Below, one piece after another: positions 54,574 to 64,000 of a DNA stretch of 64,000 nt. The translations under genes were made by a program, and so were the position numbers. The number at the start of each line of letters is the position of its first letter. The stretch's first letter is position 1. Where the stretch lies: IMG/VR virus record IMGVR_UViG_3300037258_000358, positions 3,840 through 67,839 of that record; one strand, 5' to 3'. The notes under the pieces were generated by a model that saw only the letters and a program-made list of their open reading frames with translations, did not search any database and was not told the origin of the DNA. This DNA is from a virus.

Positions 54574-57500
54574 TTCTGAAAACACGGTCGGCGGCGTAAA
54601 CGTCGAGGTCAGCGCCGATCTGACCAGGTTCGCCTCGGGCCTCCAGGCGGCCAGGGCGCAGACCCAGCAATTCGACCGCGAAGCCGCGACGGCCATGGGC
54701 AATGTGGCCAGGGCCACCGAAGGCCTGACCGCTTCGCAACGCAGCCTGGTCGCCGCCGTCACGTCCGGCAAGATGTCCCTGGCCGAACTTTCGGCCTATC
54801 TCGGCAAGAGCGCGGACGCGACCAAGACCCTGGCTGCGGCTCAGGCAGCTCTCGCTGTCGAGACCAAGGGCGCCGCTGCGGCGACGGTGCCCCTGGCCGT
54901 CGGGGTGAAAGCGGCCGATGTCGCCATGGGCGGCATGAAGATCCAGACGGCCCTGGCCACGCGCGAACTGGTCGTCATGGGCCGGGAAATCGCCAGGGGC
55001 AACTTCAGCCGCCTGGCGGGATCTGCGACCATCCTGGCGCAGTCGATGGGCGTCCTGGCCTTCGCCTTCACGCCCGTCGGGATCGCCGTGATCGGCCTGA
55101 CCGCCGGTCTTGCCATCGCCACCATCGCGACGCTGAATTTCGAGGCGGCCCAGGCGAAACTGGCCCGGACGATGGAGACGACGGGCCGCGTTTCCGGTCT
55201 GACGACGGCCCAGGTCAAGTCATTTGCGACCGAGGCTGCGGCGGCGAGCGGACAGTCCCCCAATGTCGCGGCGACCAGCGCCGGGGCTTATGCCTCAGCC
55301 GGGGTGCAGAGCCCCGAGGTGCTGAAGAACCTCATCCGCGTCACGCAGGAGTACGCGGACCTGACCGGACAGAAGGTTCCGGCCGCGCAGAAAGAACTCG
55401 CTGCGTCGATGGCGGAGCCGACCAAGGCCGGCGAGAAACTGCTTGGGACTTGGGGCGAGTTGGATTCGGCGACCAAACGCCAGATCGAAACCCTGACCGC
55501 CTACGGAAGGACGGAAGAGGCGCAAGAGGTCATCGCCCGCAAGATGGTGGGCACCCTCGACGATACGACCCGGGCCGGGGGCTATACCAAGAGCGCGATG
55601 GAGAAGGTCGGATCGGCCTTCGACCAGATGGGGCAGTCCATCGGCCATGCGACCGGCGCGATGGACAAACTCATCGGCAGCACCATGCACTGGCTGGCGG
55701 TGAGCGCAGGCCTGGCGAAGCATGACGCCGCCATCGGCGCCGAGGCCGCGCAACAGGCCAAGGACGCGCGCAACGCCGCCCTGGTCAAAATAGAGAACCG
55801 CGCCGACGAAGCGCCAGGCACGGAAACACCGGAGGATCGCGACCGGCAGCGCGAACAGGAACTCAAGGGCGGCGCAGCGCAGAAGAACCTCGCCATGGGC
55901 GCGGCCAAGATCCTCGGCGATGCGGAGGGTGTCCGTCGCTACAAGCAGGAACGCGATTCCCTCAACGACACGATCAGCCGGAATACCGACGCGCAGGGGC
56001 GCTGGATCAGCAGTCTCGATCGCGAACATATGGTCATGCAGGAGTCGGCCAAACTGGCCGCCGCCAGGCATTCGCACAATCTCCAGGCGGCCAAGGATGC
56101 CGAGGACCGGATCACCCTCCTGAAGGCCGGCGACACGGTCGAAACGAATGCCCAGGCGCGCCAGCACGCCGCCGACGAAGCGGCCCTGACGGGCGCGCAT
56201 GGCGTCGGGCGTGGGAAGAAGGACATGTTCGGTCCGCAGGACGCCAGCAAGGAAGCCGACGCACAGGCCGAGGTCGCCCTGGCCGAGGCCTATCTGCAAA
56301 GCGGCACGGCCGCAGCCAAGGCGGAAGCGTCGCGCAAGGCCCTGACCGAGGCAACGCTGAAGGGCCGATCCGCCGCCCAGACAGCCAAACTCGTCCAAGC
56401 CGAACTCAATCTCGAGACCGGGAAGGCCGCGGCTGAGGGGGCGAAGAAAGTCGCGGAGCTGCGCGCCGAGTCGGACGCCTGGGATCGCGCCAACGAGGCC
56501 CTGGCCAAGGGAACGATCGGGCGCAATGAACTCGATCGCTCTGTCACCGAAAGCATCGAGATCGGCAAGCTCGAAGCCCTGGCCGACGCCGCCAACACCA
56601 AGACCAAGGCCGAATTGCTCAAGGTCATCAAGGAACTGAAGGCGGCCTATGACGCCTCGGATACCTCCAAGGATCAGTCGGTCATCGCCCGGCAGATCGA
56701 CGAGACCCGCGACAAGATCGAGGACATGAAGGCGGAGATGGCCGCCATCGGCCAGCCGAAGGGACAGGCCGCCATCGGGACCGCGCAGCGGACGGCACAG
56801 CGCACGCTCAAGGATCAGGGCGTCGATCCATCGAGCGCCATGGGCCAACAGTTCGTCGGGGGACAGGTCGACGAGGCCAAGGTCAAGAACGCCCTGGAGG
56901 CGGCACAGGCTGTCGACAAGCTGGTCAAATCGACGAAGGAGGAAATCGTCGTCCTGGGCCAGGAAGGCCAGACCTACGGCATGACCAAGCAGGCCGCAGC
57001 CACCTTCGTCGAATACCACAAGCTGCTCAACGATGCGCAGAAGGAGGGCATCCAGCTCGACGAAAAGGAAAGGGCCGCGCTCGCCAACGTCGCCGCGGCC
57101 TATGGCCAAGCCGAGGTCGCCTCGAAGAAGCTGACCGATGCCCAGAAGGGCGCGCAACAGGCCAGCCAATCCCTCGCCGACACCTTCTCCAAGGGCATTG
57201 AGGGGATGATCTACGACGGGGACAAGCTGAACGTCACCCTGCGGTCGATGAGCCAGCAGATCGGCAAACAGACCCTTGACGCGGTGCTGACGGGGTCAGG
57301 CCCCTTCGCTCAGATCCTGGGGACCAGCCAGAACGCCGCTGGCGGTCCTGGCGGCATTATGAACGCTCTCACCGGGTCCCTCTTCGGCGTGCCGGGAAGC
57401 ATGGGCAACAAGCCAGATGGCACGGCGGCCAATCCCCTCAATGTGGTCATGGCTGGGGGCGCGGGAGGGATGGGCGGGGGCCTGCTAGGCGGCATGGGAG

Positions 57501-57889
57501 GCGGCAGTTCTGGCGGCATCATGGGGATGCTGAGCAGCCTGTTTGGGGGAGGCGGCGGAAGCTCGGGCATAGCTGGGGGACTCGGAGCGAGCGAGGACAT
57601 GATGGCCTTCCTCCACACCGGCACGTCCTATGTCGGGACGCCCGGGCGCCAGGTCCGCGCCGATCCTGGCCTCTTCATCGACGCGCCCAGACTCCACAGC
57701 GGCCTTGCGCCAGACGAGTTTCCGGCCATTCTCCAGCGTGGCGAGCGAGTCACGCCGCGGGGAGGCGGAGGGAACAGCGGCGTGCGCGATGTCCACATCC
57801 ACGTCAGCTCGCCCGACACGACGAGCTTCGCGCGGACCGGTAGCCAGATTGCCCGGAACACCAAGCGCGAGATGGCCAGCACACGATGA
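54566..57889 (+). CDS. Tape measure protein
   Basis: 1107 aa Ala-rich helical; C-terminal HTG...APRLHSGL..DEFPAILQRGERV. Confidence 0.92.
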   Translation: MADSENTVGGVNVEVSADLTRFASGLQAARAQTQQFDREAATAMGNVARATEGLTASQRSLVAAVTSGKMSLAELSAYLGKSADATKTLAAAQAALAVETKGAAAATVPLAVGVKAADVAMGGMKIQTALATRELVVMGREIARGNFSRLAGSATILAQSMGVLAFAFTPVGIAVIGLTAGLAIATIATLNFEAAQAKLARTMETTGRVSGLTTAQVKSFATEAAAASGQSPNVAATSAGAYASAGVQSPEVLKNLIRVTQEYADLTGQKVPAAQKELAASMAEPTKAGEKLLGTWGELDSATKRQIETLTAYGRTEEAQEVIARKMVGTLDDTTRAGGYTKSAMEKVGSAFDQMGQSIGHATGAMDKLIGSTMHWLAVSAGLAKHDAAIGAEAAQQAKDARNAALVKIENRADEAPGTETPEDRDRQREQELKGGAAQKNLAMGAAKILGDAEGVRRYKQERDSLNDTISRNTDAQGRWISSLDREHMVMQESAKLAAARHSHNLQAAKDAEDRITLLKAGDTVETNAQARQHAADEAALTGAHGVGRGKKDMFGPQDASKEADAQAEVALAEAYLQSGTAAAKAEASRKALTEATLKGRSAAQTAKLVQAELNLETGKAAAEGAKKVAELRAESDAWDRANEALAKGTIGRNELDRSVTESIEIGKLEALADAANTKTKAELLKVIKELKAAYDASDTSKDQSVIARQIDETRDKIEDMKAEMAAIGQPKGQAAIGTAQRTAQRTLKDQGVDPSSAMGQQFVGGQVDEAKVKNALEAAQAVDKLVKSTKEEIVVLGQEGQTYGMTKQAAATFVEYHKLLNDAQKEGIQLDEKERAALANVAAAYGQAEVASKKLTDAQKGAQQASQSLADTFSKGIEGMIYDGDKLNVTLRSMSQQIGKQTLDAVLTGSGPFAQILGTSQNAAGGPGGIMNALTGSLFGVPGSMGNKPDGTAANPLNVVMAGGAGGMGGGLLGGMGGGSSGGIMGMLSSLFGGGGGSSGIAGGLGASEDMMAFLHTGTSYVGTPGRQVRADPGLFIDAPRLHSGLAPDEFPAILQRGERVTPRGGGGNSGVRDVHIHVSSPDTTSFARTGSQIARNTKREMASTR

Positions 57890-58581
57890 ATCAGTTCCAG
57901 GACGCCTATCTCCCGGACCAGGTCTGGGGCATCCCGGCTCACGCCACGCCCAGGTTCTCGACGCGGATGACGCTGTCGAAGTCGGCGGACGAGTCGCGCA
58001 CTTCTCTGTGGAAAGTCCCGCTACGCAAATTCCAACTCCCCCTGGCCAACATGAACTTCGGGGAGATCGAGGATCTGCTCAACCACTTCATCATCATGGA
58101 CGGCCCGAAATGCACCTGGCCGTGGCGCGATCCGCTGGACTATGCCAGCTGCGCGCCAGTCCCGCCTGACGAGGGTGATCCGCCGATCACTCCTGTCGAT
58201 CAGTTCCTCGGCGCCGGCGACGGGGTCACGAGCCAGTTTCAACTCATGAAGATGCGGACCTTCGGCGGCTTTTCCAGGGTCCGGAACATCTATCTGCCCG
58301 TGGTCGACTCCGTGGTCATCAGCATCAACGGCCATGCTCCCGAGGACGTCCCGAGCGGCTTTCCTCTCTATGGGCCCTATGAGTTCGTCAGTGTTACGCG
58401 GCCCGGTGGCATCGTCACGATTTCACCGGCTCCGTCGGTCGGCTGCGATGACATCAGGTCCGGGTACCTGTGGGACGCCGAGGTCCGCTGGGAAGCGGAC
58501 GACTCGCTCCAGGCCGCGATCGAATCGATGGACACGCAGTCCGTCGCCCCCCTCAATTTCGTCGAAGTCCCGAGGTGCTGA
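57886..58581 (+). CDS. Distal tail protein (DUF2460)
   Basis: WRDPLDY, LGAGDGVTSQFQL, AEVRW. Confidence 0.85.
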   Translation: MNQFQDAYLPDQVWGIPAHATPRFSTRMTLSKSADESRTSLWKVPLRKFQLPLANMNFGEIEDLLNHFIIMDGPKCTWPWRDPLDYASCAPVPPDEGDPPITPVDQFLGAGDGVTSQFQLMKMRTFGGFSRVRNIYLPVVDSVVISINGHAPEDVPSGFPLYGPYEFVSVTRPGGIVTISPAPSVGCDDIRSGYLWDAEVRWEADDSLQAAIESMDTQSVAPLNFVEVPRC

Positions 58582-59676
58582 ATGGCCGGTCTGTGGTGCG
58601 AGAACTTCTGGGTCTATCCCTCGATCGCCAACATGATCGAGGGAGCCTGGGCGCAAGCCGATTCGATGTGGCATCTCTCTACGGCGAACCCGCCGCAGGG
58701 TCCCCAAAACATACGGGCGACCAGCACGACTAACTGGGGCGCGATCCGCCGCATCCTGGGCGGCAACTTCGAATCGGCCGGCTTCGCCTATCGCTTCTAT
58801 GTGCCCAACCTGCCGGTTACCGACACGGGGTCGGACTCTCTGAGCAGCTGCATGGTGCTGGCCATCTTCCTCGACAACAGCGCCAAGATGTCCTGCTATA
58901 TCGTGCTTGGCACAGACGGATCATTGATTCTGGTAAGCGGTGCCGATACTGCATGGCCGTTCGGGGAAGGCCAGCCGATCGACGGTCCAATTCTGCAGCG
59001 CGGAGAGCCCTGTGTTCTCCCGGCGGCCTACAACCACATCGAGATCTACGGTCTGCCCGCAGCCAGCGACGGCGCTTTCGAGGTCAGGGTCAACGGCGTC
59101 ACGCAGTTGAATTACAGCGGCGACACGATCGGATCGTCTGACGGGACGGTCGCCCAGGTCGCCATCAATTTCGGTCCGGCCGGGGTTGGGTACATCGACG
59201 TCGGCGACATGCACACCTGGAACACGCTGCCCGGACAGGGTCCCCAATGGTTCGTCGGCAATGCCGCCGTGCTGAACAGGGCTCTGGACGCCGATTCGTC
59301 GCCTGAGGAATGGACCCCGTCGTCGAGCGGGGGGCCGACCTACGAACTCCTTCAGGACAACAATGATTCGACCTACATCGAGGCGGACGTCGCCGAACTC
59401 GAGGAAGCTTTCGGCGCCGCAGCATTCCCTGACGATGTCATCGGGGTGATCTATCAGCAGATCAATTTCCGCGGCTACAAGGTCGGGGCCGGGGATTGCG
59501 ATGTGACGCCGGGCGTCATCTCAGGCGGCATCCTCGCGGAGGCAGCAGCCCTGGTCATGACGCCGCAGCCGTCCTGGTATTGGGGAATCATCGCTGACGA
59601 TCCCGACACATCCGGGGCGCCGTTCTCGGTGGACGCGGCCAATGCATCTAAGCTGGCGCTGATCCGGTCGCTCTGA
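58582..59676 (+). CDS. Tail-associated beta-sandwich/lectin-like hypothetical protein
   Basis: YNHIEI...GAFEVRVNG; position within the tail-tip genes. Confidence 0.6.
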   Translation: MAGLWCENFWVYPSIANMIEGAWAQADSMWHLSTANPPQGPQNIRATSTTNWGAIRRILGGNFESAGFAYRFYVPNLPVTDTGSDSLSSCMVLAIFLDNSAKMSCYIVLGTDGSLILVSGADTAWPFGEGQPIDGPILQRGEPCVLPAAYNHIEIYGLPAASDGAFEVRVNGVTQLNYSGDTIGSSDGTVAQVAINFGPAGVGYIDVGDMHTWNTLPGQGPQWFVGNAAVLNRALDADSSPEEWTPSSSGGPTYELLQDNNDSTYIEADVAELEEAFGAAAFPDDVIGVIYQQINFRGYKVGAGDCDVTPGVISGGILAEAAALVMTPQPSWYWGIIADDPDTSGAPFSVDAANASKLALIRSL

Positions 59677-59685
59677 GTCCCTCAG

Positions 59686-60759
59686 ATGACCGACGCCTAT
59701 GTCTCGGAAGCCTTCGTATCGGCAGTCTGTCTGATCAACAGCCCGCCCCGGGTCTCCGAGGCCTATGTCTCGGCTGTCGTCCACGTCAAGAGCCCGCCAA
59801 GGGTCTCCGAGGCGTTCATGTCGGCCGTCGTGAAGGTGCAGGCCGGCGCCCTGGTCACCGAGGCCTTCCTGCAAGCCCTGGTCTATCGCGCGCCATGCGC
59901 CTCGAACCGGGCGGACTTCTGGAAAATCACCCGGACGGATGGCCAGGTGTTCGCCTTCACCTCGCATGACGAGGATGTCACCTGGGGCAACGTCACCTAT
60001 CGCCATTGCGGCTCGCTGCAGGATTCGGCCGCCGAGTCGGACTCCGACATCGCCAGCGTCGGGAGTGTCAGCCTCATGGGGCTGATCACCGATGACGCGA
60101 TCACGGAGGACGATCTCTATGCCGGACGGTTCGATGACGCCTACGTCGAGTCGTGGCAGGCCCCATGGGGCGACCAAGCGGACTCTGCGGCGCCATTCAT
60201 GGTGGCGTCGGGCTGGACCGGGAAGGTCAGCCGGCGGATCAATTCATGGTCGGCCGAGGTGCTGGGCGCCAGCGCCAAGCTCGGCCAGACGGCCCTGGTC
60301 GACTTCTTCCAGCCCGGATGTCGCTGGGTGTTCGGTAGCCCGAGCACCGCGGAGCAGCCGGGATGCGGCATCGACGCCCAGGCCTTCCGCCAGTTCGGCA
60401 TCGCGGTGGAGGCCATCGTTGGCCGCGGCATCATCAATTTCGCGCCCGAGGCCATCCCGTCGATGGATGCGCTGTGGAACAACGGAACGCTGATCTGGAC
60501 CTACGGCAGAAACACCGGGATCCAACTCCAGATCGAGACCATGGACTGGGCGAGCGGCGTGCTGTCTCTATGGGATCTGATGCCGTTCCCGGCCCAGCCG
60601 GGAGACACCTTCGACATAATCCCCGGCTGCTCTTACGATCGGCCAGGGTGCAAGGTCTACAACAACTACGACAACTACGGGGGGTACCCGGATGTCCCAG
60701 GCCCAGACGCTCTCCAGCAGAACGCCGATGCCCTGTTCAGCGCCAATGGCGGCAGCTGA
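59686..60759 (+). CDS. Tail hub protein (DUF2163/BR0599) with N-terminal 17-aa repeats
   Basis: WKITRTDGQVFAFTSHD, GCRW.FG...CG, PGC, NYGGYPDVPG. Confidence 0.88.
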   Translation: MTDAYVSEAFVSAVCLINSPPRVSEAYVSAVVHVKSPPRVSEAFMSAVVKVQAGALVTEAFLQALVYRAPCASNRADFWKITRTDGQVFAFTSHDEDVTWGNVTYRHCGSLQDSAAESDSDIASVGSVSLMGLITDDAITEDDLYAGRFDDAYVESWQAPWGDQADSAAPFMVASGWTGKVSRRINSWSAEVLGASAKLGQTALVDFFQPGCRWVFGSPSTAEQPGCGIDAQAFRQFGIAVEAIVGRGIINFAPEAIPSMDALWNNGTLIWTYGRNTGIQLQIETMDWASGVLSLWDLMPFPAQPGDTFDIIPGCSYDRPGCKVYNNYDNYGGYPDVPGPDALQQNADALFSANGGS

Positions 60760-61207
60760 TCTCCGCGCCCAGGTCGTCGCCGAGGCCCGGTCGTGGAAGG
60801 GCACGCATGTCCGCCGGGGCGGCCGGCAGAAAGGGATCGAGGCCGATTGCGTGGGCGTGGCAATGCTGACGGGCGTGGCCCTGGGCGTCCTCACGGAACC
60901 CGAGTGGGCGGCCCTGGCCAAGGAAGGCAAATACGGCCTCCTGCCGAACCCCCGGCACCTCGAAGAGGCATTGCGGTCATGCATGCTCCCTGTCGCCAGA
61001 GCTGATGCCCTTCCGGGCGATGTCTGCCGCTTTGAACTCTCGCCCGGGTCCGGCGGCATGCACCTTGGCGTCCTGGCCTGGTTCGAGAACCGCCTGACGA
61101 TCATCCATGCCAGCGGCGAACAGCCGACGAATGTCCTCGAGGTGACGTTCTCGACCATCTGGACGCGGCTGGCCGTCGACTTCTGGCGCTATCCCGGGCT
61201 CGCCTGA
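60746..61207 (+). CDS. NlpC/P60 tail peptidase
   Basis: ARSWKGT, ADCVG, PGD, HLG, IIHA. Confidence 0.88.
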   Translation: MAAADLRAQVVAEARSWKGTHVRRGGRQKGIEADCVGVAMLTGVALGVLTEPEWAALAKEGKYGLLPNPRHLEEALRSCMLPVARADALPGDVCRFELSPGSGGMHLGVLAWFENRLTIIHASGEQPTNVLEVTFSTIWTRLAVDFWRYPGLA

Positions 61208-63856
61208 ATGGCCTCTCTCGCCCTTTCCATCATGGGGACGGCCATCGCCGGGCCGATCGGCGGGGCCATCGGCGCGGCCGTGGGCGGCCTGATCGACAGC
61301 AAGCTGTTCCCGGGCCCCAAGGTGCCGATGCCGACGGTCACCACCTCGACCTACGGCAACGCGATTCCCTTGCTTTACGGCCCGTACAACCGGGTCGGGA
61401 CCAACATGATCTGGTCGTCTCCAATCCGGAAGGTCCAGAACAAGAGCCTGAAATTCCTGCTCGGCAAGGGGAAGGGCCAGCCCTTCACCTATGAGGTCGA
61501 CGTGGCCATGGCGGTCGGCGCCGGCCCGCTCCAGCCGAGTTGGTGCCAGACCATCTGGGCCAACGGCACGGTGATCTTCGACGCTTCGGCCGGGACGATC
61601 CCGCCGGACCCGGACGAGAACGGCGTCGTCACCTGGGACGTGAGTTTCGAGACCTTCCAGGACTTCGACTTCATCGTCGTCTATCCCGGCAACCAGACGC
61701 AACTGCCAGACCCGACCATCGAGAGCTACATCGGCGTCGGCAACGTCCCGGCCTACCGCGGGACGGCCTATATCCTCATCCACGGGCTGAAGCTGACGAC
61801 ATTCGGCAATGGCGTCCCGACCATGAACTGCCTCGTCCAGGCCCAGGCCACGCGGCCGTCGGTCGGCGCGGTCGTGACTGACATGGTCCGGCGCTCTGGC
61901 CTGCCGATCAACCTGGCCTCGACCTCGGCCCTCGGCGACTCGCTCCAGGGCATGCAGATCACCAGCCAGATGGATGCCCAGACGGCGATCAAGGACTTGG
62001 CGCTGGTTTTCAATTTCGACGCCGGCGAGGTGGCGGGGCAGTTGCGCTGCCAGCCGCGGGGCCTGCCGGCCTATGCGGCGATCAGCGACGATCTCTTCGG
62101 CGCCTATGTCTATGGCGGATCGCCCCCCGAGCCCTGGGAGTGGCCGCGCGCGCCCGAGATCCAACTGCCCAAGGCAGCGTCGCTCACGTTCTTCGACCCG
62201 GCCCGCTTCGGGAATGTCAACACCCAGGCCTCGAAGCGATCGACAGGCAATGCGACATCGAACATCAATTACACCACGCAGCTGACCCTGACCTCGGACC
62301 AGGCGCGCAAGACGGCCGACCGGATGCTGTGGGAAGCCCAGATCGGGCGCCAGACGATGATCACGACGGTCGACGACCGCGCCGTTTGCCTCGAACCGGC
62401 CAAGACCTTCGCCTTCCCCACGCCGGCAGGGCTGGAGACAGTGCGCATCACCAAGGTCGCGCGCGGGGCCAATGGCGTTCGCGAACTCGAGGCCAGCCTG
62501 GAGTATTCCTCGCTCTACTTCTCCAGCGCGCCTGCCGCCGAGGCCGATGCGCAGCGCAATGTCCTGGTGATCACGGGCCCTGTGAACCCGCCGATCTTCC
62601 TGGAGCCGCCGCCCGGTTTCCCCGGCGTGACGGGCCCCACCGTCCTGATCGCGATCTCGGGCGGCGAGGAACTGATCGTCAACGACGCCTGGAACGGCTG
62701 CGCTGTCTATGCCTCGACGGACGAGGAACATTGGATCCTGGCCGGGACACAGGTCGGCGCGACGCTGATGGGCTTCCTGATCGGCCGCCTCGACAACAAC
62801 GGCGGCCATCCAGACACCATTGATATCCTCGACGTCTCGACCGAGGAATGCGGCCTGGAGCCGGCCTCCATGAGCGCCTACGATGCCGGGATCGCCCTGA
62901 TGCCTTATTGGGTCGGCGGGGAGTGGCTATCGGCCCAGACGGTCCAGGGCCTCGGGGGAATGACCTATCGGCTGACGAACCTCTACCGCGGCCTGTTCGG
63001 TAGCCACAACGACGTCCACGCCACAGGCCAGCCGTTCTTCCTGGCCGATGACCGCCTGTTCCGCTTCCCGCTGCCGCTGGAATTCGTGGGCCATGAACTC
63101 CACTTCCGCTTCGTGGGGGGAGGCGAGTCCATCGCGACGGTGGTCGACTATACCTACACGCCGCCTGGATCGAGTTGGGGTCCCGGCACGGCCGGCGTAC
63201 CCGAACAGCCCGACCTTGTGGGGACGACGCCGGCGGGATCGGGGATCCTGATCAACTGGAACCCCGCCTCGTCCCTGTCGACGGTCTCCAGCGTGGAGAT
63301 CTTCCGGGCGCCTGGGTCGGACGCCTCGTTCTCGGAAGCGACGCTGCTCACCACCGTCAGCCCGCAGCAGACGTCCTACACGGACGGGACCGCAGTTCCG
63401 GGCCAGAGCTACACCTATTTCGTGGTGTTCGTGAACGCGGCCGGCCCGAGCATCGCCTCGGAAAGCTCCGGCTCGACAGCGATGCAGATCATTCCCAACA
63501 CCTCGATCACAAAGGCGGCGACGGCCACGGAAGTCCTGTTCGCCGGAGCCTTGGTGACCTTCGTCACGGGCGGCGTCGTCCTGGCCAGTGCGGCCGATGC
63601 GACCAAGCCGGCTCAGGGCTTCGTCCTGGATGATTACGCCGAGGGCGATACTGCAACGGTCTATCTGCCGGGAGGGATCGACGCGATGGCGGTCGGCTGT
63701 GACGGCCCCGGCGAGTACTATCTCAGCCTCACGCCCGGCGAGGTCACGTCCTTCGCCCCGTCCGGCATCGGCGCGCTCCAGCAGGAAGTCGGTTTCGGGA
63801 CGCCTGACGCCCAACTCGTGTTCACCCCAAGATCAGCGACGGTGATGTGGTCATGA
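61208..63856 (+). CDS. Tail tip/central fibre protein (phage-tail_3/GTA-like) with FN3-like domain
   Basis: GPIGGAIGAAVGGLID, YGNAIP..YG, IWANG, PAYRGTAY, LYRGLFGS. Confidence 0.88.
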   Translation: MASLALSIMGTAIAGPIGGAIGAAVGGLIDSKLFPGPKVPMPTVTTSTYGNAIPLLYGPYNRVGTNMIWSSPIRKVQNKSLKFLLGKGKGQPFTYEVDVAMAVGAGPLQPSWCQTIWANGTVIFDASAGTIPPDPDENGVVTWDVSFETFQDFDFIVVYPGNQTQLPDPTIESYIGVGNVPAYRGTAYILIHGLKLTTFGNGVPTMNCLVQAQATRPSVGAVVTDMVRRSGLPINLASTSALGDSLQGMQITSQMDAQTAIKDLALVFNFDAGEVAGQLRCQPRGLPAYAAISDDLFGAYVYGGSPPEPWEWPRAPEIQLPKAASLTFFDPARFGNVNTQASKRSTGNATSNINYTTQLTLTSDQARKTADRMLWEAQIGRQTMITTVDDRAVCLEPAKTFAFPTPAGLETVRITKVARGANGVRELEASLEYSSLYFSSAPAAEADAQRNVLVITGPVNPPIFLEPPPGFPGVTGPTVLIAISGGEELIVNDAWNGCAVYASTDEEHWILAGTQVGATLMGFLIGRLDNNGGHPDTIDILDVSTEECGLEPASMSAYDAGIALMPYWVGGEWLSAQTVQGLGGMTYRLTNLYRGLFGSHNDVHATGQPFFLADDRLFRFPLPLEFVGHELHFRFVGGGESIATVVDYTYTPPGSSWGPGTAGVPEQPDLVGTTPAGSGILINWNPASSLSTVSSVEIFRAPGSDASFSEATLLTTVSPQQTSYTDGTAVPGQSYTYFVVFVNAAGPSIASESSGSTAMQIIPNTSITKAATATEVLFAGALVTFVTGGVVLASAADATKPAQGFVLDDYAEGDTATVYLPGGIDAMAVGCDGPGEYYLSLTPGEVTSFAPSGIGALQQEVGFGTPDAQLVFTPRSATVMWS

Positions 63857-64000
63857 AGCTGTTTGCCATCCTGGGCGCCCTGCTGGCGCTCGCCGCGCCG
63901 GCCGCGGCCACCACGAATTACCAGCTGCCGATCATCAAGGTGAACGGGCAGTACAGCCAGCTTCCCCCGGGCTACGGGATCAAGCTGCAAAGCACTGGCC
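63853..64000 (+). CDS. Partial gene with signal-peptide-like N-terminus
   Basis: MKLFAILGALLALAAPAAA-TTNY..., runs off the window. Confidence 0.5.
   Translation, partial: MKLFAILGALLALAAPAAATTNYQLPIIKVNGQYSQLPPGYGIKLQSTG

Noticed and set aside
55295-57169. Long antisense ORFs opposite tape measure, tail tip (60977-62809), TerL (39021-40292), DnaB (13713-14990) and RecT (5816-6973)
   Set aside because: Shadow ORFs expected in GC-rich genes; no recognisable domain.
1-64000. tRNA, integrase/att sites, reverse transcriptase/DGR, further inteins in TerL, portal or DnaB
   Set aside because: No supporting motifs seen by eye; those proteins are of normal length. Automated scans were not run.

Overview
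A GC-rich tailed-phage (siphovirus-type) genome segment, probably most of one phage or prophage of an alphaproteobacterial host. The host inference rests on GapR-like and GcrA-like genes and a GTA-like DUF2460/DUF2163/NlpC/tail-tip cassette. Layout: end of a late/lysis region (1-3.8 kb); recombination, DNA methylation and replication genes (3.9-15.8 kb); small early genes with repeated regulatory motifs (15.8-20.3 kb); a complete 3.9-kb IS1595-family element with passengers (20349-24262); two blocks of small accessory genes (24.3-38.2 kb); and the packaging/head/tail module (38.4-64 kb) with glycosylation genes inside the head cluster. No integrase, tRNA or CRISPR array was seen. The main finding is a 311-aa intein in the protease-adjacent scaffold gene. 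Its homing endonuclease (Endo VII-type HNH) is not in the intein reading frame. It is encoded on the opposite strand, with a candidate promoter and start codon written into the antisense of the intein's C-terminal splicing motifs. Other highlights are a two-frame M.EcoHK31I-type methyltransferase, a C4-like antisense RNA inside the IS, a candidate virion-glycosylation cassette, and an origin iteron duplicated in an early promoter. All family calls come from motif recognition by eye; no database searches were run.
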